Shown in pieces: positions 1-9,985 of a DNA stretch of 64,000 bases. A program made the position numbers and the translations under genes. The first letter of the stretch is position 1. Every line of letters starts with the position of its first letter. Source of the stretch: an uncultured Chlorobium sp. (lineage in GTDB: Bacteria; Bacteroidota; Chlorobiia; Chlorobiales; Chlorobiaceae); the NCBI GenBank assembly GCA_964451845.1, contig CAYVJF010000001.1, positions 14,616 to 78,615 of the forward strand, in the 5' to 3' direction. The notes beneath the pieces are model-generated. The model made no database searches, had not been told where the DNA came from, and worked only from the letters and a program-made list of their open reading frames with translations.

Positions 1-2
1 TT

Positions 3-1097
3 TGTCGTAATGATATGCAAATCGGGGTCTTTCACCTTGCCGAACTTTCTTACCACAATACCGTTGTCAACCGGCCAGGGAAGCAGGCCGAGCGCTTTAT
101 CGAAATCTCCCGAAATCTTTGCAAGCTCGGCTGCGGAGAGGTCGCCGAAAGGCTTGTACTCTTCCGGTTTCCCACTTCGCTCGGCTGCAAGTCTTCTGCG
201 TTCCTGTTCTTCTTCTATCGCTTTCTGCTCGATTGCTATCAGCTCCTCGATTTTCGCCTGGAGTTGCTGCAACTTTTTCTGGTTTGCCTGTATCGCGCCG
301 GCAAACTTTTTCTTGTTCTTTTTCAGTGTGTTGAGAACGACCTGTTTTTCTTTTTTCTTTTTGGAAAAATCGCGCGCCTTGCTCTCTTGCTCCTGAACAA
401 TACCGGCTCGTTTACGAGAACTCTCTTCAAGAGCCATACGGCTTTCCTGCAACTCCTGGGCTGCATGTTGAAGGTCATCGACGGTTCTGAAAACAGCATC
501 CGCAAAAAAACCGATGTATCGTGTTCTGACAATGGCTTCATTCAGAGAACCGGACGCATACAACAGCTCGATATCCTGTTTCGTCGACCCGTTCTTGTAG
601 ACCACTACAGCGATGCGCCTGAAATCCTCGACAAGTGTGCTGTAGGTGTCCTGGTTTTCAGCAAACCGATCCTTGAGAATCTGTATTTCCGTGTCCTGCA
701 TGCGAATTTTCGCCTGGTTTTTCGAGATCATTTCCTCGAGCAGTTTCAACTGTCTGGTATAGTTTTTCAAATCTTTCAGCGAACTGGCCTCGTCTTTGAC
801 GGTTTTTTTCATTTTTGCCTGATACTCTTCAAGCTGTTTTTGAAGGCCGGCAAGGTCGCGTTCGAGCTTTTTCCGCTCTGTCATTATTTTTTCGATTGCT
901 TCATTGCCAAGCGCATCGGACGCTACTGCCGCTCCGACTACAGTCATCAGAACAAAAACCACCCCGGCAGTTTGCAGGATAGCACGTATCGACAGCAGTA
1001 ACCGCACGCTTGCTTTCATTCGGTTCCTGGATTTTTCCAGCGTATCTCTCAAAACCGCGCCTTTGTCATTCTTGCTTTTGAAACAGGACTCTTTCAT
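3..1097 (-). CDS. Murein hydrolase activator EnvC-like / M23 peptidase family coiled-coil protein (3' end runs off window start)
   Basis: Hand translation from ATG 1097 (MKESCFKSK...) gives a hydrophobic segment (VVFVLMTVVGAAVA), a long heptad coiled coil (ERKKLERDLAGLQKQLEEYQ...) and the start of an M23-like domain (IVVRKFGKVKDPDLHIITT). It is absent from the ORF track because no stop lies in the window. The + strand ORFs at 10-1143 are its antisense shadows. Confidence 0.75.
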   Translation of the reverse strand, partial: MKESCFKSKNDKGAVLRDTLEKSRNRMKASVRLLLSIRAILQTAGVVFVLMTVVGAAVASDALGNEAIEKIMTERKKLERDLAGLQKQLEEYQAKMKKTVKDEASSLKDLKNYTRQLKLLEEMISKNQAKIRMQDTEIQILKDRFAENQDTYSTLVEDFRRIAVVVYKNGSTKQDIELLYASGSLNEAIVRTRYIGFFADAVFRTVDDLQHAAQELQESRMALEESSRKRAGIVQEQESKARDFSKKKKEKQVVLNTLKKNKKKFAGAIQANQKKLQQLQAKIEELIAIEQKAIEEEQERRRLAAERSGKPEEYKPFGDLSAAELAKISGDFDKALGLLPWPVDNGIVVRKFGKVKDPDLHIITT

Positions 1098-1252
1098 GAG
1101 CCGGAAAAACAGCTCAGGGAAATATGAAGAAAATAAGTCATAATCGCATACTTCCCCGCTCTTGCAATCAATGACTCTGCAAATAGCCGTTCGAGTTTTT
1201 TTTTCGGGTTGAAATGATTAAATAACCGGTTTTATCGTCAGTTCATACACTT

Positions 1253-2527
1253 ATGGAGAAACTCGTCATCCAGGGAGGGCGTCGGCTCTCGGGATCGGTT
1301 CAGGCATCCGGCTCGAAAAATTCAGCACTGCTGCTCATGGCGGCAACGCTGCTTTGTGACAGCGGCAGCATCACGCTTCATCGTATTCCGGGACTGAAAG
1401 ATATTCTGACATTCAAAAAGCTGCTGGAATATCTCGGAGCGGAGATCGATTTTACCAGGAACAGCCTGAACATCTCCACGTCGAACATCCGCTGCATTCA
1501 GGCTCCCTACGAACTGGTCAAACAGATGCGCGCCTCGGTCTACGTTCTCGGGCCGCTTCTTGGCCGCTTTGGGCAAGCAACGGTATCGATGCCCGGCGGC
1601 TGCGCTTTCGGCCCCAGGCCTATCGACCTGCACCTGATGGCGATGGAAAGGCTCGGCGCTGCGGTCTCTATCGAACAGGGGTATATCGATGCGCGTACCG
1701 ACGGAAAACGGCTCAAAGGCGCGTTGATAGATTTTCCGATCTCTTCGGTGGGAGCGACAGGAAACACCGTGATGGCCGCTTGCCTGGCTGAAGGGGTAAC
1801 AACCATACGCAATGCCGCGATAGAGCCTGAAATTACAACGCTTTGTTTTTTCCTGAACACGATGGGCGCCCGGATTCAGGGAATCGGCACAAAGTCATTG
1901 ACCATTGAGGGCGTCGAGGCCCTTTCGTCCGCCGATTTTACCAATATATTCGACAGAATAGAAGCAGCCACGCTTCTGGCAGCCGGAGCAATTACCGGCA
2001 GCCGAATCACCGTGACGGATATCGTGCCTTCACAACTGACGGCGATTCTGGAAAAGTTCGAACATGCAGGCTGCAGCATCATCACCGATAAGGACTCCAT
2101 TACCCTGCACTGTCCCGAGACTCTTGCACCCACCGATGTGATCGCCAAACCCTATCCGCATTTTCCCACCGATATGCAGGCGCAATGGATAGCGCTCATG
2201 ACCCAGGCGCAGGGTGTCAGCCATATCATAGACAAGGTGTATTACGAACGCTTCAATCATATTCCCGAGCTGAACAGGCTGGGCGCGCACATCGCTATCA
2301 GCAATAACGAAGCGACGGTCTACGGCCCCCGTCAATTAACCGGCACAACGATCATGTCTACCGATCTCAGGGCATCGGCGTGCCTGGTTCTTGCGGGACT
2401 CGTCGCCGAAGGAGTCACGGAAGTGCTCAGGATTTATCATCTTGACAGAGGATATGAGCGGATAGAAAAGAAACTCAACAGTCTCGGGGCGTCAGTTGAG
2501 CGGCAATCCTATCAGGAGTTTGCTTGA
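1253..2527 (+). CDS. murA: UDP-N-acetylglucosamine 1-carboxyvinyltransferase
   Basis: [26 protein letters not shown] (catalytic Cys), [26 protein letters not shown] motifs; 424 aa. Confidence 0.97.
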   Translation: MEKLVIQGGRRLSGSVQASGSKNSALLLMAATLLCDSGSITLHRIPGLKDILTFKKLLEYLGAEIDFTRNSLNISTSNIRCIQAPYELVKQMRASVYVLGPLLGRFGQATVSMPGGCAFGPRPIDLHLMAMERLGAAVSIEQGYIDARTDGKRLKGALIDFPISSVGATGNTVMAACLAEGVTTIRNAAIEPEITTLCFFLNTMGARIQGIGTKSLTIEGVEALSSADFTNIFDRIEAATLLAAGAITGSRITVTDIVPSQLTAILEKFEHAGCSIITDKDSITLHCPETLAPTDVIAKPYPHFPTDMQAQWIALMTQAQGVSHIIDKVYYERFNHIPELNRLGAHIAISNNEATVYGPRQLTGTTIMSTDLRASACLVLAGLVAEGVTEVLRIYHLDRGYERIEKKLNSLGASVERQSYQEFA

Positions 2528-2657
2528 GGTGCCCTTAACGGTATCTTTCTTTCATGGTATGCAGAGTTTTGCCCTCTTTCGTGCGTGCCGCCGGTCAAAA
2601 CGCAGGGAAGCTGCGGCAGGCTGGAAATGAGGAATGGCCATGAAAAAGCCTTTCAGC

Positions 2658-2687
2658 TTGCATAATTATATGAAAAAATTATATTAA
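2658..2687 (+). promoter_or_regulatory. Putative sigma70 promoter of the tRNA cluster
   Basis: TTGCAT (2658-2663), then TATATT/TATTAA 16-18 nt later, in an AT-rich patch ~27 nt before tRNA-Ile2. Confidence 0.5.
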
Positions 2688-2713
2688 ATGGCTCTAAAGC
2701 CGGGCTTTTGCCA

Positions 2714-2787
2714 GGGCCCTTAGCTCAGTTGGTTAGAGCAAGCGACTCATAATCGCTAGGTCGTAGGTTCAAGTCCTACAGGGCCCA
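2714..2787 (+). tRNA. tRNA-Ile2 (CAT anticodon, lysidine-modified type)
   Basis: GGGCCCT/AGGGCCC acceptor stem, TAGCTCAGTTGGTTAGAGCA D-arm, AGCGA-CT-CAT-AA-TCGCT anticodon arm, GGTTCAAGTCC T-arm. The body resembles ileX-type rather than Met tRNAs. CCA not encoded. Confidence 0.9.
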
Positions 2788-2817
2788 CAAGGCTCTGTCT
2801 TTAGTGAAAAACAAAAT

Positions 2818-2891
2818 GGCGTGTTCGTCTAGTGGCCCAGGACACCGCCCTCTCAAGGCGGAGATCACGGGTTCGAATCCCGTACACGCTA
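2818..2891 (+). tRNA. tRNA-Glu (CTC)
   Basis: GGCGTGT/ACACGCT acceptor stem, CCGCC-CT-CTC-AA-GGCGG anticodon arm, GGTTCGAATCC T-arm. Confidence 0.93.
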
Positions 2892-2912
2892 CAAATCCGC
2901 AGCATATTCCCT

Positions 2913-2986
<74 letters not shown>

Positions 2987-3017
2987 CTCTTCTCTTGTTT
3001 TCCCCACAGCTTCTCTC

Positions 3018-3326
3018 TTACCCTTGGCTGCCCATTTCGCGCTCGACCGAAGCCGTTTTGTCGCCGATTGAAACCGCCTTGTCCCGACGGTCGTCGATCT
3101 TGATAACCGTGTAGACTCGCTGCGAACCGGTTGCAAACAGGTGCTCGTGAAGCTTTTCCGCAACGGCGAACAGCTCCGCAGCGGTTCCCGCAACGGTCGA
3201 GCCCATGTCGTGCAGCCGGTGGTCGAGCCCGCTCTTCCGAAGTAAATCCTGAAGCCGGGCGACTCCGGCGCTTAGCCCCGCGGTGCCTTTGTCAAGCGGT
3301 ATCACCGTAATATCCATCAAAGCCAT
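3018..3326 (-). CDS. MTH1187/YqgV (DUF77) family thiamine-binding protein
   Basis: 102 aa with DITVIPL, LHDMGSTVAG and RVYTVIKIDDRRDK...IGDKTASV, typical of the family. Confidence 0.85.
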   Translation of the reverse strand: MALMDITVIPLDKGTAGLSAGVARLQDLLRKSGLDHRLHDMGSTVAGTAAELFAVAEKLHEHLFATGSQRVYTVIKIDDRRDKAVSIGDKTASVEREMGSQG

Positions 3327-3353
3327 AGCATTTCCTGTTTATCGTGACCTGCA

Positions 3354-4643
3354 TTAACGGAAAACCGTTTCATCCCTGCCCGGCCCGACCGAAATAAAGG
3401 TAACCGGCGTTGCAAGTTCATCTTCGAGAAACTCGATGAAAGCCTTTGTTTCGGCATGCAGATCATCGTACGAACGCGCCGGCGCATTGGATTCGTTCCA
3501 GCCTTTGAGCGTTTTGTAGACAGGTTTCACGCGGCTGAGCGTCTGGTCGTCGGTCGGGAAATCGGTGATCGTTTTTCCATCGAGCAGATATGAGGTGCAT
3601 ACGGATATCTCCTCGAAGGCATCGAGCACATCGAGTTTGGTGAGCGCGATTTCCTGCACGCCGTTGACAATGAGAGAGTAGCGCAGTGCAACAAGATCGA
3701 GCCAGCCGCACCGCCTTTTCCGCCCTGTTGTCGCGCCGAACTCATTGCCGATTCTGCCGAGCTTTTCGCCGGTCTCGTCATGAAGTTCGGTCGGAAAAGA
3801 ACCGTTGCCGACGCGGGTCATATACGCCTTGACGACACCGATGACGTTGCGGATGTGGTTCGGTGCGATGCCCGAGCCGGTGGACGCTCCGCCTGCGGTC
3901 GGGTTGGATGAGGTAACATAGGGATAGGTGCCGTGATCGACATCGAGCAGGCAGCCCTGCGCGCCTTCGAGCAAAACGGATTTACCTTCACGAAGTGCGC
4001 GGTTCAAGAAAAGCTGGGTGTTGGTGACATAGGGATTGATACGGTCGTCGAATTCGGAATACTCGCGAACCATCGCGTCGATATCGATCTCATCCGACCC
4101 GTAGATATTTTTGATCAGCTTGTTTTTGGTCTCGAGGTTCGAGCGCAGCTTTTCTTCAAGAATTTCAGGGTGCAGCAAATCGACGACACGAATGCCTCTG
4201 CGGGCGAACTTGTCTACATAGCTCGGCCCGATGCCGCGCCCGGTCGTTCCGATTTTCTTCTTGTCCTGGGCGTTTTCGTGCAGCGAATCGAGCAGCTTGT
4301 GGTACGGCATGATCAGATGGGCGTTGTGGCTGATAAACAGCCGCCCTTGAACCTCGTAGCCGAGTTCTTCGACCTGCTGTATTTCGTCGAGCAGCGCATT
4401 GGGGTCGATAACGACGCCGTTGCCGATCACGCACGAACAGCCTTCCTGAAAGATGCCCGAGGGAATGAGATGAAGCACAATCGTTTTGTTGTCAAAACAG
4501 ATTGTATGGCCGGCATTTGCACCGCCCTGGTAGCGCGCGACAACATCGAACTTCGAGGAGAGAAAATCAACCAGTTTTCCTTTTCCTTCGTCGCCGAACT
4601 GGGTTCCGACAATAACTGTTGCCGAAGCCGACAGTTGCTGCAT
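3354..4643 (-). CDS. purA: Adenylosuccinate synthetase
   Basis: GTQFGDEGKGK, RYQGGANAGHT, GTTGRGIGP, EGAQG, GTYPYVTSS, TTGRKRRCGWLD; ATG 4643 preferred over TTG 4661. Confidence 0.97.
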   Translation of the reverse strand: MQQLSASATVIVGTQFGDEGKGKLVDFLSSKFDVVARYQGGANAGHTICFDNKTIVLHLIPSGIFQEGCSCVIGNGVVIDPNALLDEIQQVEELGYEVQGRLFISHNAHLIMPYHKLLDSLHENAQDKKKIGTTGRGIGPSYVDKFARRGIRVVDLLHPEILEEKLRSNLETKNKLIKNIYGSDEIDIDAMVREYSEFDDRINPYVTNTQLFLNRALREGKSVLLEGAQGCLLDVDHGTYPYVTSSNPTAGGASTGSGIAPNHIRNVIGVVKAYMTRVGNGSFPTELHDETGEKLGRIGNEFGATTGRKRRCGWLDLVALRYSLIVNGVQEIALTKLDVLDAFEEISVCTSYLLDGKTITDFPTDDQTLSRVKPVYKTLKGWNESNAPARSYDDLHAETKAFIEFLEDELATPVTFISVGPGRDETVFR

Positions 4644-4689
4644 GTTTGTTTTTTCTTTCACGACAATTCTTTTTTTAGCCCGTATATTT

Positions 4690-5268
4690 TTAGCCGGTGT
4701 ATGGGGCCAGTTGTTCTAAAAGCTCCTCTCTGCCCTGCTTGGAAAGAGCCGAGTAATTTACGATAAATTTGGATTTGCGGGCGTATCTTTTCATTGCAAG
4801 CCCGGCATGCGCTTTTTCTTTCTGCTTCAGTTTGTCGTACTTGGTCAGCACGATGCCATAGGAGCGGCCGCAGTATTCCAGAAACTCCGTCATCTGATGA
4901 TCGGACTCCATGCCGGGATGCCGGGAATCGATGAGCAGGACAACAAGAACGATGCGGTCGCGGGTGCGAACATACTCTCCGAGCAGTTTGCCCCACGCGT
5001 ATTTTTTGCCTTTACCGACTTTGGCATAGCCATAGCCCGGAAGATCGACAAAAAAGCAGGTATCGTTGATCAGGAAATAGTTGATGAGCTGCGTTTTTCC
5101 CGGAGTCGAGCTTGTTTTTGCCAGCCCTTTTTTTTCTGTCAGCGAGTTCAGGAGCGTCGATTTGCCGACATTCGATCTTCCGGCAAAAACAATTTCCGGC
5201 AACTTTTCTTCCGGCAACTGATCGAGGGCGGAAACACTTTTATAAAACTTTGCGTTTCGTATTTTCAT
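4690..5268 (-). CDS. engB: Ribosome biogenesis GTPase EngB/YihA/YsxC
   Basis: [29 protein letters not shown]; likely start ATG 5268 (MKIRNAKF). Confidence 0.93.
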   Translation of the reverse strand: MKIRNAKFYKSVSALDQLPEEKLPEIVFAGRSNVGKSTLLNSLTEKKGLAKTSSTPGKTQLINYFLINDTCFFVDLPGYGYAKVGKGKKYAWGKLLGEYVRTRDRIVLVVLLIDSRHPGMESDHQMTEFLEYCGRSYGIVLTKYDKLKQKEKAHAGLAMKRYARKSKFIVNYSALSKQGREELLEQLAPYTG

Positions 5269-5409
5269 CTCAGAGTATGCATCGACCCGTAGGGAATAAA
5301 AAGTTCGCAAGCAGAAGGTCCGTGAGCAGCAAGCAACCGGTAAAAAGCTTAAAAAGAAAGCTACACACCCTGCGCGAAAAACCAAAATGTTTAACCTGAA
5401 CCTGTAACC

Positions 5410-6855
5410 ATGCCTTTGCACATCTACAATTCACTCACCCGAGAGAAAGATGCGTTTGTTCCGCTGCATCCCGGAATTGTCACCATGTATGTTTGCGGCC
5501 CGACGGTTTACGGGCATGCTCACCTGGGGCATGCAAAAAGTTATGTCTCCTTCGATGTGGTTGTCAAATGGCTTCGTCACCTCGGCTATGCTGTGAAATA
5601 TATTCAGAACATCACCGATGTCGGGCACCTGACCGACGACGCCGACGAGGGAGAGGACAAAATCGCCAAACAGGCGCGCCTTGAAAAAACCGATCCCATG
5701 GAGATTGCGCAGTATTACACCCGGAGCTACTACGAGGATATGGACCGCCTGGGCGTCGACAGGCCGAACATTGCGCCCACGGCAACCGGCCACATTCCCG
5801 AACAGATTACGCTTATAGCAACGCTGCTAAAAAAAGGGCATGCCTACGAAGTGAACGGCAATGTTTACTTCTCGGTCTCCTCCTTTTCCGGCTACGGCCG
5901 TCTCTCGGGCAGAACCGATCAGGATGCGCAGCAAGCCGGCGGCCGGGTGGAATCGAGAAGCGAGAAGCGCCACCCTTCGGATTTTGCGCTCTGGAAAAAA
6001 GCCGAACCCGGCCACCTGATGCAATGGGATTCGCCCTGGAGCAAGGGCTATCCGGGCTGGCACGCGGAATGCTCCGCCATGGCGATGAAATATCTTGGCG
6101 AAACGATCGACATCCACGGCGGCGGCATGGAAAACCGCTTCCCTCACCACGAGTGCGAGATCGCGCAGTCCGAAGCGGCTACCGGTAAGCCGTATGTCCG
6201 CTACTGGATGCATAACAATATGGTGACGGTGAACGGCGCGAAAATGGGCAAGTCGCTGAGAAACTCGGTGAACCTGAAGGATCTTTTTCAGACCGTTCCT
6301 CCGATTGTTATACGATTTTTTATCCTGCAATCCCATTACCGTTCCCCGCTCGATTTTTCGGAAACGGCCATCAGGGCTTCACAAGCAGGCCTTGAAAAGC
6401 TTCAGGAAACCTCGCGCGCACTTGCAGCCGCCGTTCCCGGCAGCGAAGAACTCGACACAGCCTCCTACGAAGAGCGCTTCACGGAGGCCATGAACGACGA
6501 CTTCAATACCCCGGTTGCCATTGCGGTTCTTTTCGACGCTGCAAAAGCGGTCAACGCTGCGTTGCACAGTGGCAAAGGTCTTTCGGAAAACGCGCTCGAA
6601 GCGTGCAGGAAATTCTTCGAATCATACGGACACGATGTGCTCGGCATTCTTGAAACCGGCGAAGCAGGGGGCGACGAAGCCGCCGTTGCCAAGAAGAAGA
6701 CGCTCGACGACGTGGTGTCGATTCTGCTCGAGCTGCGCGAACAGGCGAGGAAAAACAAGGATTTCGCGCAAAGCGACCTTATCCGCGACAGGCTCGCCGA
6801 ATCCGGCATCGTGCTGAAAGATACCAAGAGCGGGACGGAGTGGAGCATCTCTTAA
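5410..6855 (+). CDS. cysS: Cysteine--tRNA ligase
   Basis: [38 protein letters not shown]. Confidence 0.97.
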   Translation: MPLHIYNSLTREKDAFVPLHPGIVTMYVCGPTVYGHAHLGHAKSYVSFDVVVKWLRHLGYAVKYIQNITDVGHLTDDADEGEDKIAKQARLEKTDPMEIAQYYTRSYYEDMDRLGVDRPNIAPTATGHIPEQITLIATLLKKGHAYEVNGNVYFSVSSFSGYGRLSGRTDQDAQQAGGRVESRSEKRHPSDFALWKKAEPGHLMQWDSPWSKGYPGWHAECSAMAMKYLGETIDIHGGGMENRFPHHECEIAQSEAATGKPYVRYWMHNNMVTVNGAKMGKSLRNSVNLKDLFQTVPPIVIRFFILQSHYRSPLDFSETAIRASQAGLEKLQETSRALAAAVPGSEELDTASYEERFTEAMNDDFNTPVAIAVLFDAAKAVNAALHSGKGLSENALEACRKFFESYGHDVLGILETGEAGGDEAAVAKKKTLDDVVSILLELREQARKNKDFAQSDLIRDRLAESGIVLKDTKSGTEWSIS

Positions 6856-6859
6856 GGAT

Positions 6860-6890
6860 GCTCATGACAAATTTATAGAGGAGTCCTTAA
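6860..6890. repeat. Degenerate end fragment of the MITE-like family between convergent cysS and manC
   Basis: GCTCATGACAAATTTATAGAGGAGTCCTT resembles CGCTCATGACAATTT-N-GAGACGCCCT at 49603-49630 and the reverse complement of 32425-32452. Confidence 0.55.
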
Positions 6891-8002
6891 AGATACTCGT
6901 CCAACCCTTCCCGGCGCAGAATATCGATCACTTTTCTCACATCGTGCGCAGAGCCTTTGTTGCAGATCAGGAGAGCGTCCTTGGTATCGATAACGATAAT
7001 ATTTTCGAGCCCTATAACAGCGACCGCTTTTTCTCTCGATTTTTTGATGAAATTGTTGGACGCATCTATCTGAACGACATTGGCCTCCGTGCGCCCGGAT
7101 GTCTCGATATCCTCACGTCTCGTTTTCAGAACATCGTCCCAGCTTCCGAGATCCGCCCATCCGAAGTCTCCGGCAAGCATGCAAACCGATTCGGCATGTT
7201 CCATAATGCCATAGGCTATCGATACCGGGTGTATCCAACTGTATACATCTTCGATAATCTCGTGCTCTTTCGCCGAGCCGATGGCTTCGCTGATGCTTTG
7301 CAGGTCTTTGTATAAGTCGGGCATGGAACGTTTGAACTCCCGGTTAATCGCGTCGATATGCCAGATATAGACGCCGCTGTTCCAATAAAAGTCGCCGCTG
7401 TCGAGAAACTCCCGGGCTGTTGCGGCATCCGGTTTTTCTGCAAACGTCTTGACCGAGAAAAGAACGCTGTTTTCCGAGAGGGCGATATCTTTCGATTCCC
7501 GGGGTTTATCGGCCTGGATATAGCCGTATTCTGTTTCCGGGCGGTCGGGAGCAACCCCTATGGTGACAATACTTTTCCGGTCATGTGCTACGGCGATGCC
7601 GTCTTTGAGTATGTTCATGAAAGCCGGTTCATCGAGCACAAGAAGATCGGCGGGGACAGTTACCATAATCGCCTCGGGGTCCCTTTTGCCGATATAGGCC
7701 GTTGCAAGCGCAATACAGGGAGCGGTATTTCTCGATATCGGTTCGACAAAAATGTTTTCGGCGGGAAACCAGGGAAGTAATCGGCGTATTGTTTCTTCTC
7801 CGGGCGCATTGGTGATGATATGAATGTTTTCCGGCGGCACCACGCTGCGTATGCGGGTGATCGCCGATTCGATCATGGTTCCACCGCCAAGAACATCGAT
7901 GAACTGCTTGGGCTTGTTTTCCCTCGAAAAAGGCCACAACATCAAGCAGCCGGTTCTGCAGGCGATAATGACCGCGTGGATGTGTTTTGAAGGAACGTCC
8001 AT
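6887..8002 (-). CDS. manC: Mannose-1-phosphate guanylyltransferase
   Basis: LWPFSRENKPKQF, EPISRNTAPC, EYGYI, FAEKPD, WNSG, WADLGSWD. Confidence 0.88.
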   Translation of the reverse strand: MDVPSKHIHAVIIACRTGCLMLWPFSRENKPKQFIDVLGGGTMIESAITRIRSVVPPENIHIITNAPGEETIRRLLPWFPAENIFVEPISRNTAPCIALATAYIGKRDPEAIMVTVPADLLVLDEPAFMNILKDGIAVAHDRKSIVTIGVAPDRPETEYGYIQADKPRESKDIALSENSVLFSVKTFAEKPDAATAREFLDSGDFYWNSGVYIWHIDAINREFKRSMPDLYKDLQSISEAIGSAKEHEIIEDVYSWIHPVSIAYGIMEHAESVCMLAGDFGWADLGSWDDVLKTRREDIETSGRTEANVVQIDASNNFIKKSREKAVAVIGLENIIVIDTKDALLICNKGSAHDVRKVIDILRREGLDEYL

Positions 8003-8147
8003 GATGGTGAATAGTAAAGGATAATGCGTTTCGGAGTCTCCTTTCAGGCTTGTAATTTAAGTACATTATCATGCACAGGCAATTTCTGCTTTTTTCGGGA
8101 TGAGCGGGGAGCGATGAGATGCGGGCTTTTTCCATAAGATTTGTTCA

Positions 8148-8840
8148 ATGAGGTTCGTGCGCGAAAGAGAAATCATATACAACGCATACGCTGAAAAAGG
8201 AGTCGTACTCAGTGACCATCAGCTTTTCCAGCTCGAAGAGTACGCCGGTCTTCTTGAAGCGGCGAACAGAACACTGAATCTCGTGAGCCGGAAAGAGCGT
8301 GCGCCGCTGCTGCTCCGTCACATTTTTCACTCGCTTCTTATCGGGCTGTTTCACGATTTTCGGCCGGGTGAAAAAGTGCTCGATATCGGCACCGGCGGCG
8401 GCCTGCCGGGTATTCCGCTTGCAATCGGTTTTCCCGAAACCCGGTTTCTGCTGATTGACGCGACGGGGAAAAAAATTGCCGCATGCGAGCAGATGATCAA
8501 GGCTTTGGGGTTGACAAACGTGCTTGCCAGAAAAACAAGAGCGGAAGAATTGAAGGGCGTTTCTTTCGATACCGTGCTCAGCCGCCAGGTTGCGCCGCTC
8601 GAGCGGCTGTGCCAATACGCCGAAAGGGTGCTGTCGTCAGAGGGGACGCTTGTCTGTTTAAAAGGAGGGAATCTCGAAAAAGAGGTGGAGGACGCACTGG
8701 GTGGGGCGAAAAAAAATAACGGTTTTCCGGGTGAGGTGACGCTTCATCCGATCGGGCGCTTCGACAAGTGCTTCGAAGATAAATATGTGGTCGTTGCCAA
8801 AAGGCGCTCGTCCGGGCGCGATGAAAAACAGCAGCATTAA
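8148..8840 (+). CDS. rsmG: 16S rRNA m7G527 methyltransferase
   Basis: NLVS, RHIFHSL, LDIGTGGGLPGIPLAI, LIDATGKK, SRQVA, LKG. Confidence 0.93.
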   Translation: MRFVREREIIYNAYAEKGVVLSDHQLFQLEEYAGLLEAANRTLNLVSRKERAPLLLRHIFHSLLIGLFHDFRPGEKVLDIGTGGGLPGIPLAIGFPETRFLLIDATGKKIAACEQMIKALGLTNVLARKTRAEELKGVSFDTVLSRQVAPLERLCQYAERVLSSEGTLVCLKGGNLEKEVEDALGGAKKNNGFPGEVTLHPIGRFDKCFEDKYVVVAKRRSSGRDEKQQH

Positions 8841-8949
8841 AGACCTGTTGGCCGAGGAAGCGGAGAAAGAAAGAGAAAGAAACTTTCAGGAAAGAATTGT
8901 TTTTAATGAGTGGGAAAACCGTTTGCGCTTCAGAGCGGCTGCCGATTGA
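8821..8949 (+). CDS. Possible 42-aa small protein (MKNSSIKDLLAEEAEKERERNFQERIVFNEWENRLRFRAAAD)
   Basis: Open frame from ATG 8821 to TGA 8947-8949, overlapping the rsmG end by 20 nt; charged, helix-like composition; no family recognised. Confidence 0.3.
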   Translation: MKNSSIKDLLAEEAEKERERNFQERIVFNEWENRLRFRAAAD

Positions 8950-9052
8950 AAGCCGGGATTCGATGGCGAGCGGTGGCGGGAATCGGAAAGAGTCAAATGC
9001 CCGGACGCCGGGAAAGTCTATTATTCTTTTATAAACAGAACATTACAGCACC

Positions 9053-9847
9053 ATGACCGCAGAGCAGATATGGCCGAAGATACGTTTGGAGGTCGAACAG
9101 GAAAAAGAGCGTGAGCCATACATGCGGCATTTCCTTGAACAGCACATTTTGAATTTCGATACGCTGGCGTCGGCTCTTGCGATGCTGCTTTCGGTCAAGC
9201 TTGCCTCCAAGCACTTTCCGCCCCAGGTTTTGCAAAGCCTGTTCGAAGAGTTTTACGAACAAAGCGCCGAGTCGGTGGAGATGGCGGTGTTCGATCTTAC
9301 CGCGACGCTCGACAGGGACCCCGCAGCCGTCAAATATTTCGAGATTATGCTTTTTTTTAAGGGGTTTCAGGCGCTTCAGGCATATCGTCTCTCTCACTGG
9401 CTTTGGAACCATGGCCGCATATCGATGGCCTATCTCATACAGAGCAGAATGACCGAGGTGTTTGCCGTCGATATTCATCCCGCAGCAAGGATAGGAAAGG
9501 GAATTCTTATCGATCACGCGACCAGCCTTGTGATCGGGGAAACAGCGGTTGTCGAGGATAATGTGTCGCTGCTGCACGAAGTAACGCTTGGCGGCACGGG
9601 CAAGGACACCGGTGACCGGCATCCGAAAGTGAGGCGTTCCGTGTTGATCGGCGCGGGAGCAAAAATTCTCGGCAATGTCGAAATAGGTGAAGGTGCGAAG
9701 GTGGGAGCGGGCAGTGTTGTGCTGGACAATGTTCCGCCGCATTACACCGTTGCAGGCGTGCCAGCGCAGATTGTCGGACGAACAGAGGTTGCCGAGCCGT
9801 CCCTCGAGATGAATCAGCGATTGAACTCCCGCCGGAACCGGCAGTGA
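9053..9847 (+). CDS. cysE: Serine O-acetyltransferase
   Basis: DRDPA, FKGFQALQAYR, DIHPAARIGKGILIDHAT, TLGGTGK, RHPK, hexapeptide repeats. Confidence 0.95.
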   Translation: MTAEQIWPKIRLEVEQEKEREPYMRHFLEQHILNFDTLASALAMLLSVKLASKHFPPQVLQSLFEEFYEQSAESVEMAVFDLTATLDRDPAAVKYFEIMLFFKGFQALQAYRLSHWLWNHGRISMAYLIQSRMTEVFAVDIHPAARIGKGILIDHATSLVIGETAVVEDNVSLLHEVTLGGTGKDTGDRHPKVRRSVLIGAGAKILGNVEIGEGAKVGAGSVVLDNVPPHYTVAGVPAQIVGRTEVAEPSLEMNQRLNSRRNRQ

Positions 9848-9985
9848 TTGCTACTTCTTGCCGCCCCGGTTCTGACGATGCGGCTCATCGAGCGGTCGGG
9901 TAAAACAATCCGGAAAGCGTTTAGAAAATATCTTTTTTGCTTTCTTGCACAGTGCCGCCGTCACGACGGTTCATGGAAATACTCT

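Noticed and set aside
10-1143. Plus-strand ORFs of 128, 328, 71 and 79 aa
   Set aside because: Antisense shadows of the minus-strand EnvC-like gene (3-1097), which has a coherent signal/coiled-coil/M23 structure.
3933-4766. 277-aa plus-strand ORF
   Set aside because: Antisense to purA; no recognisable motifs.
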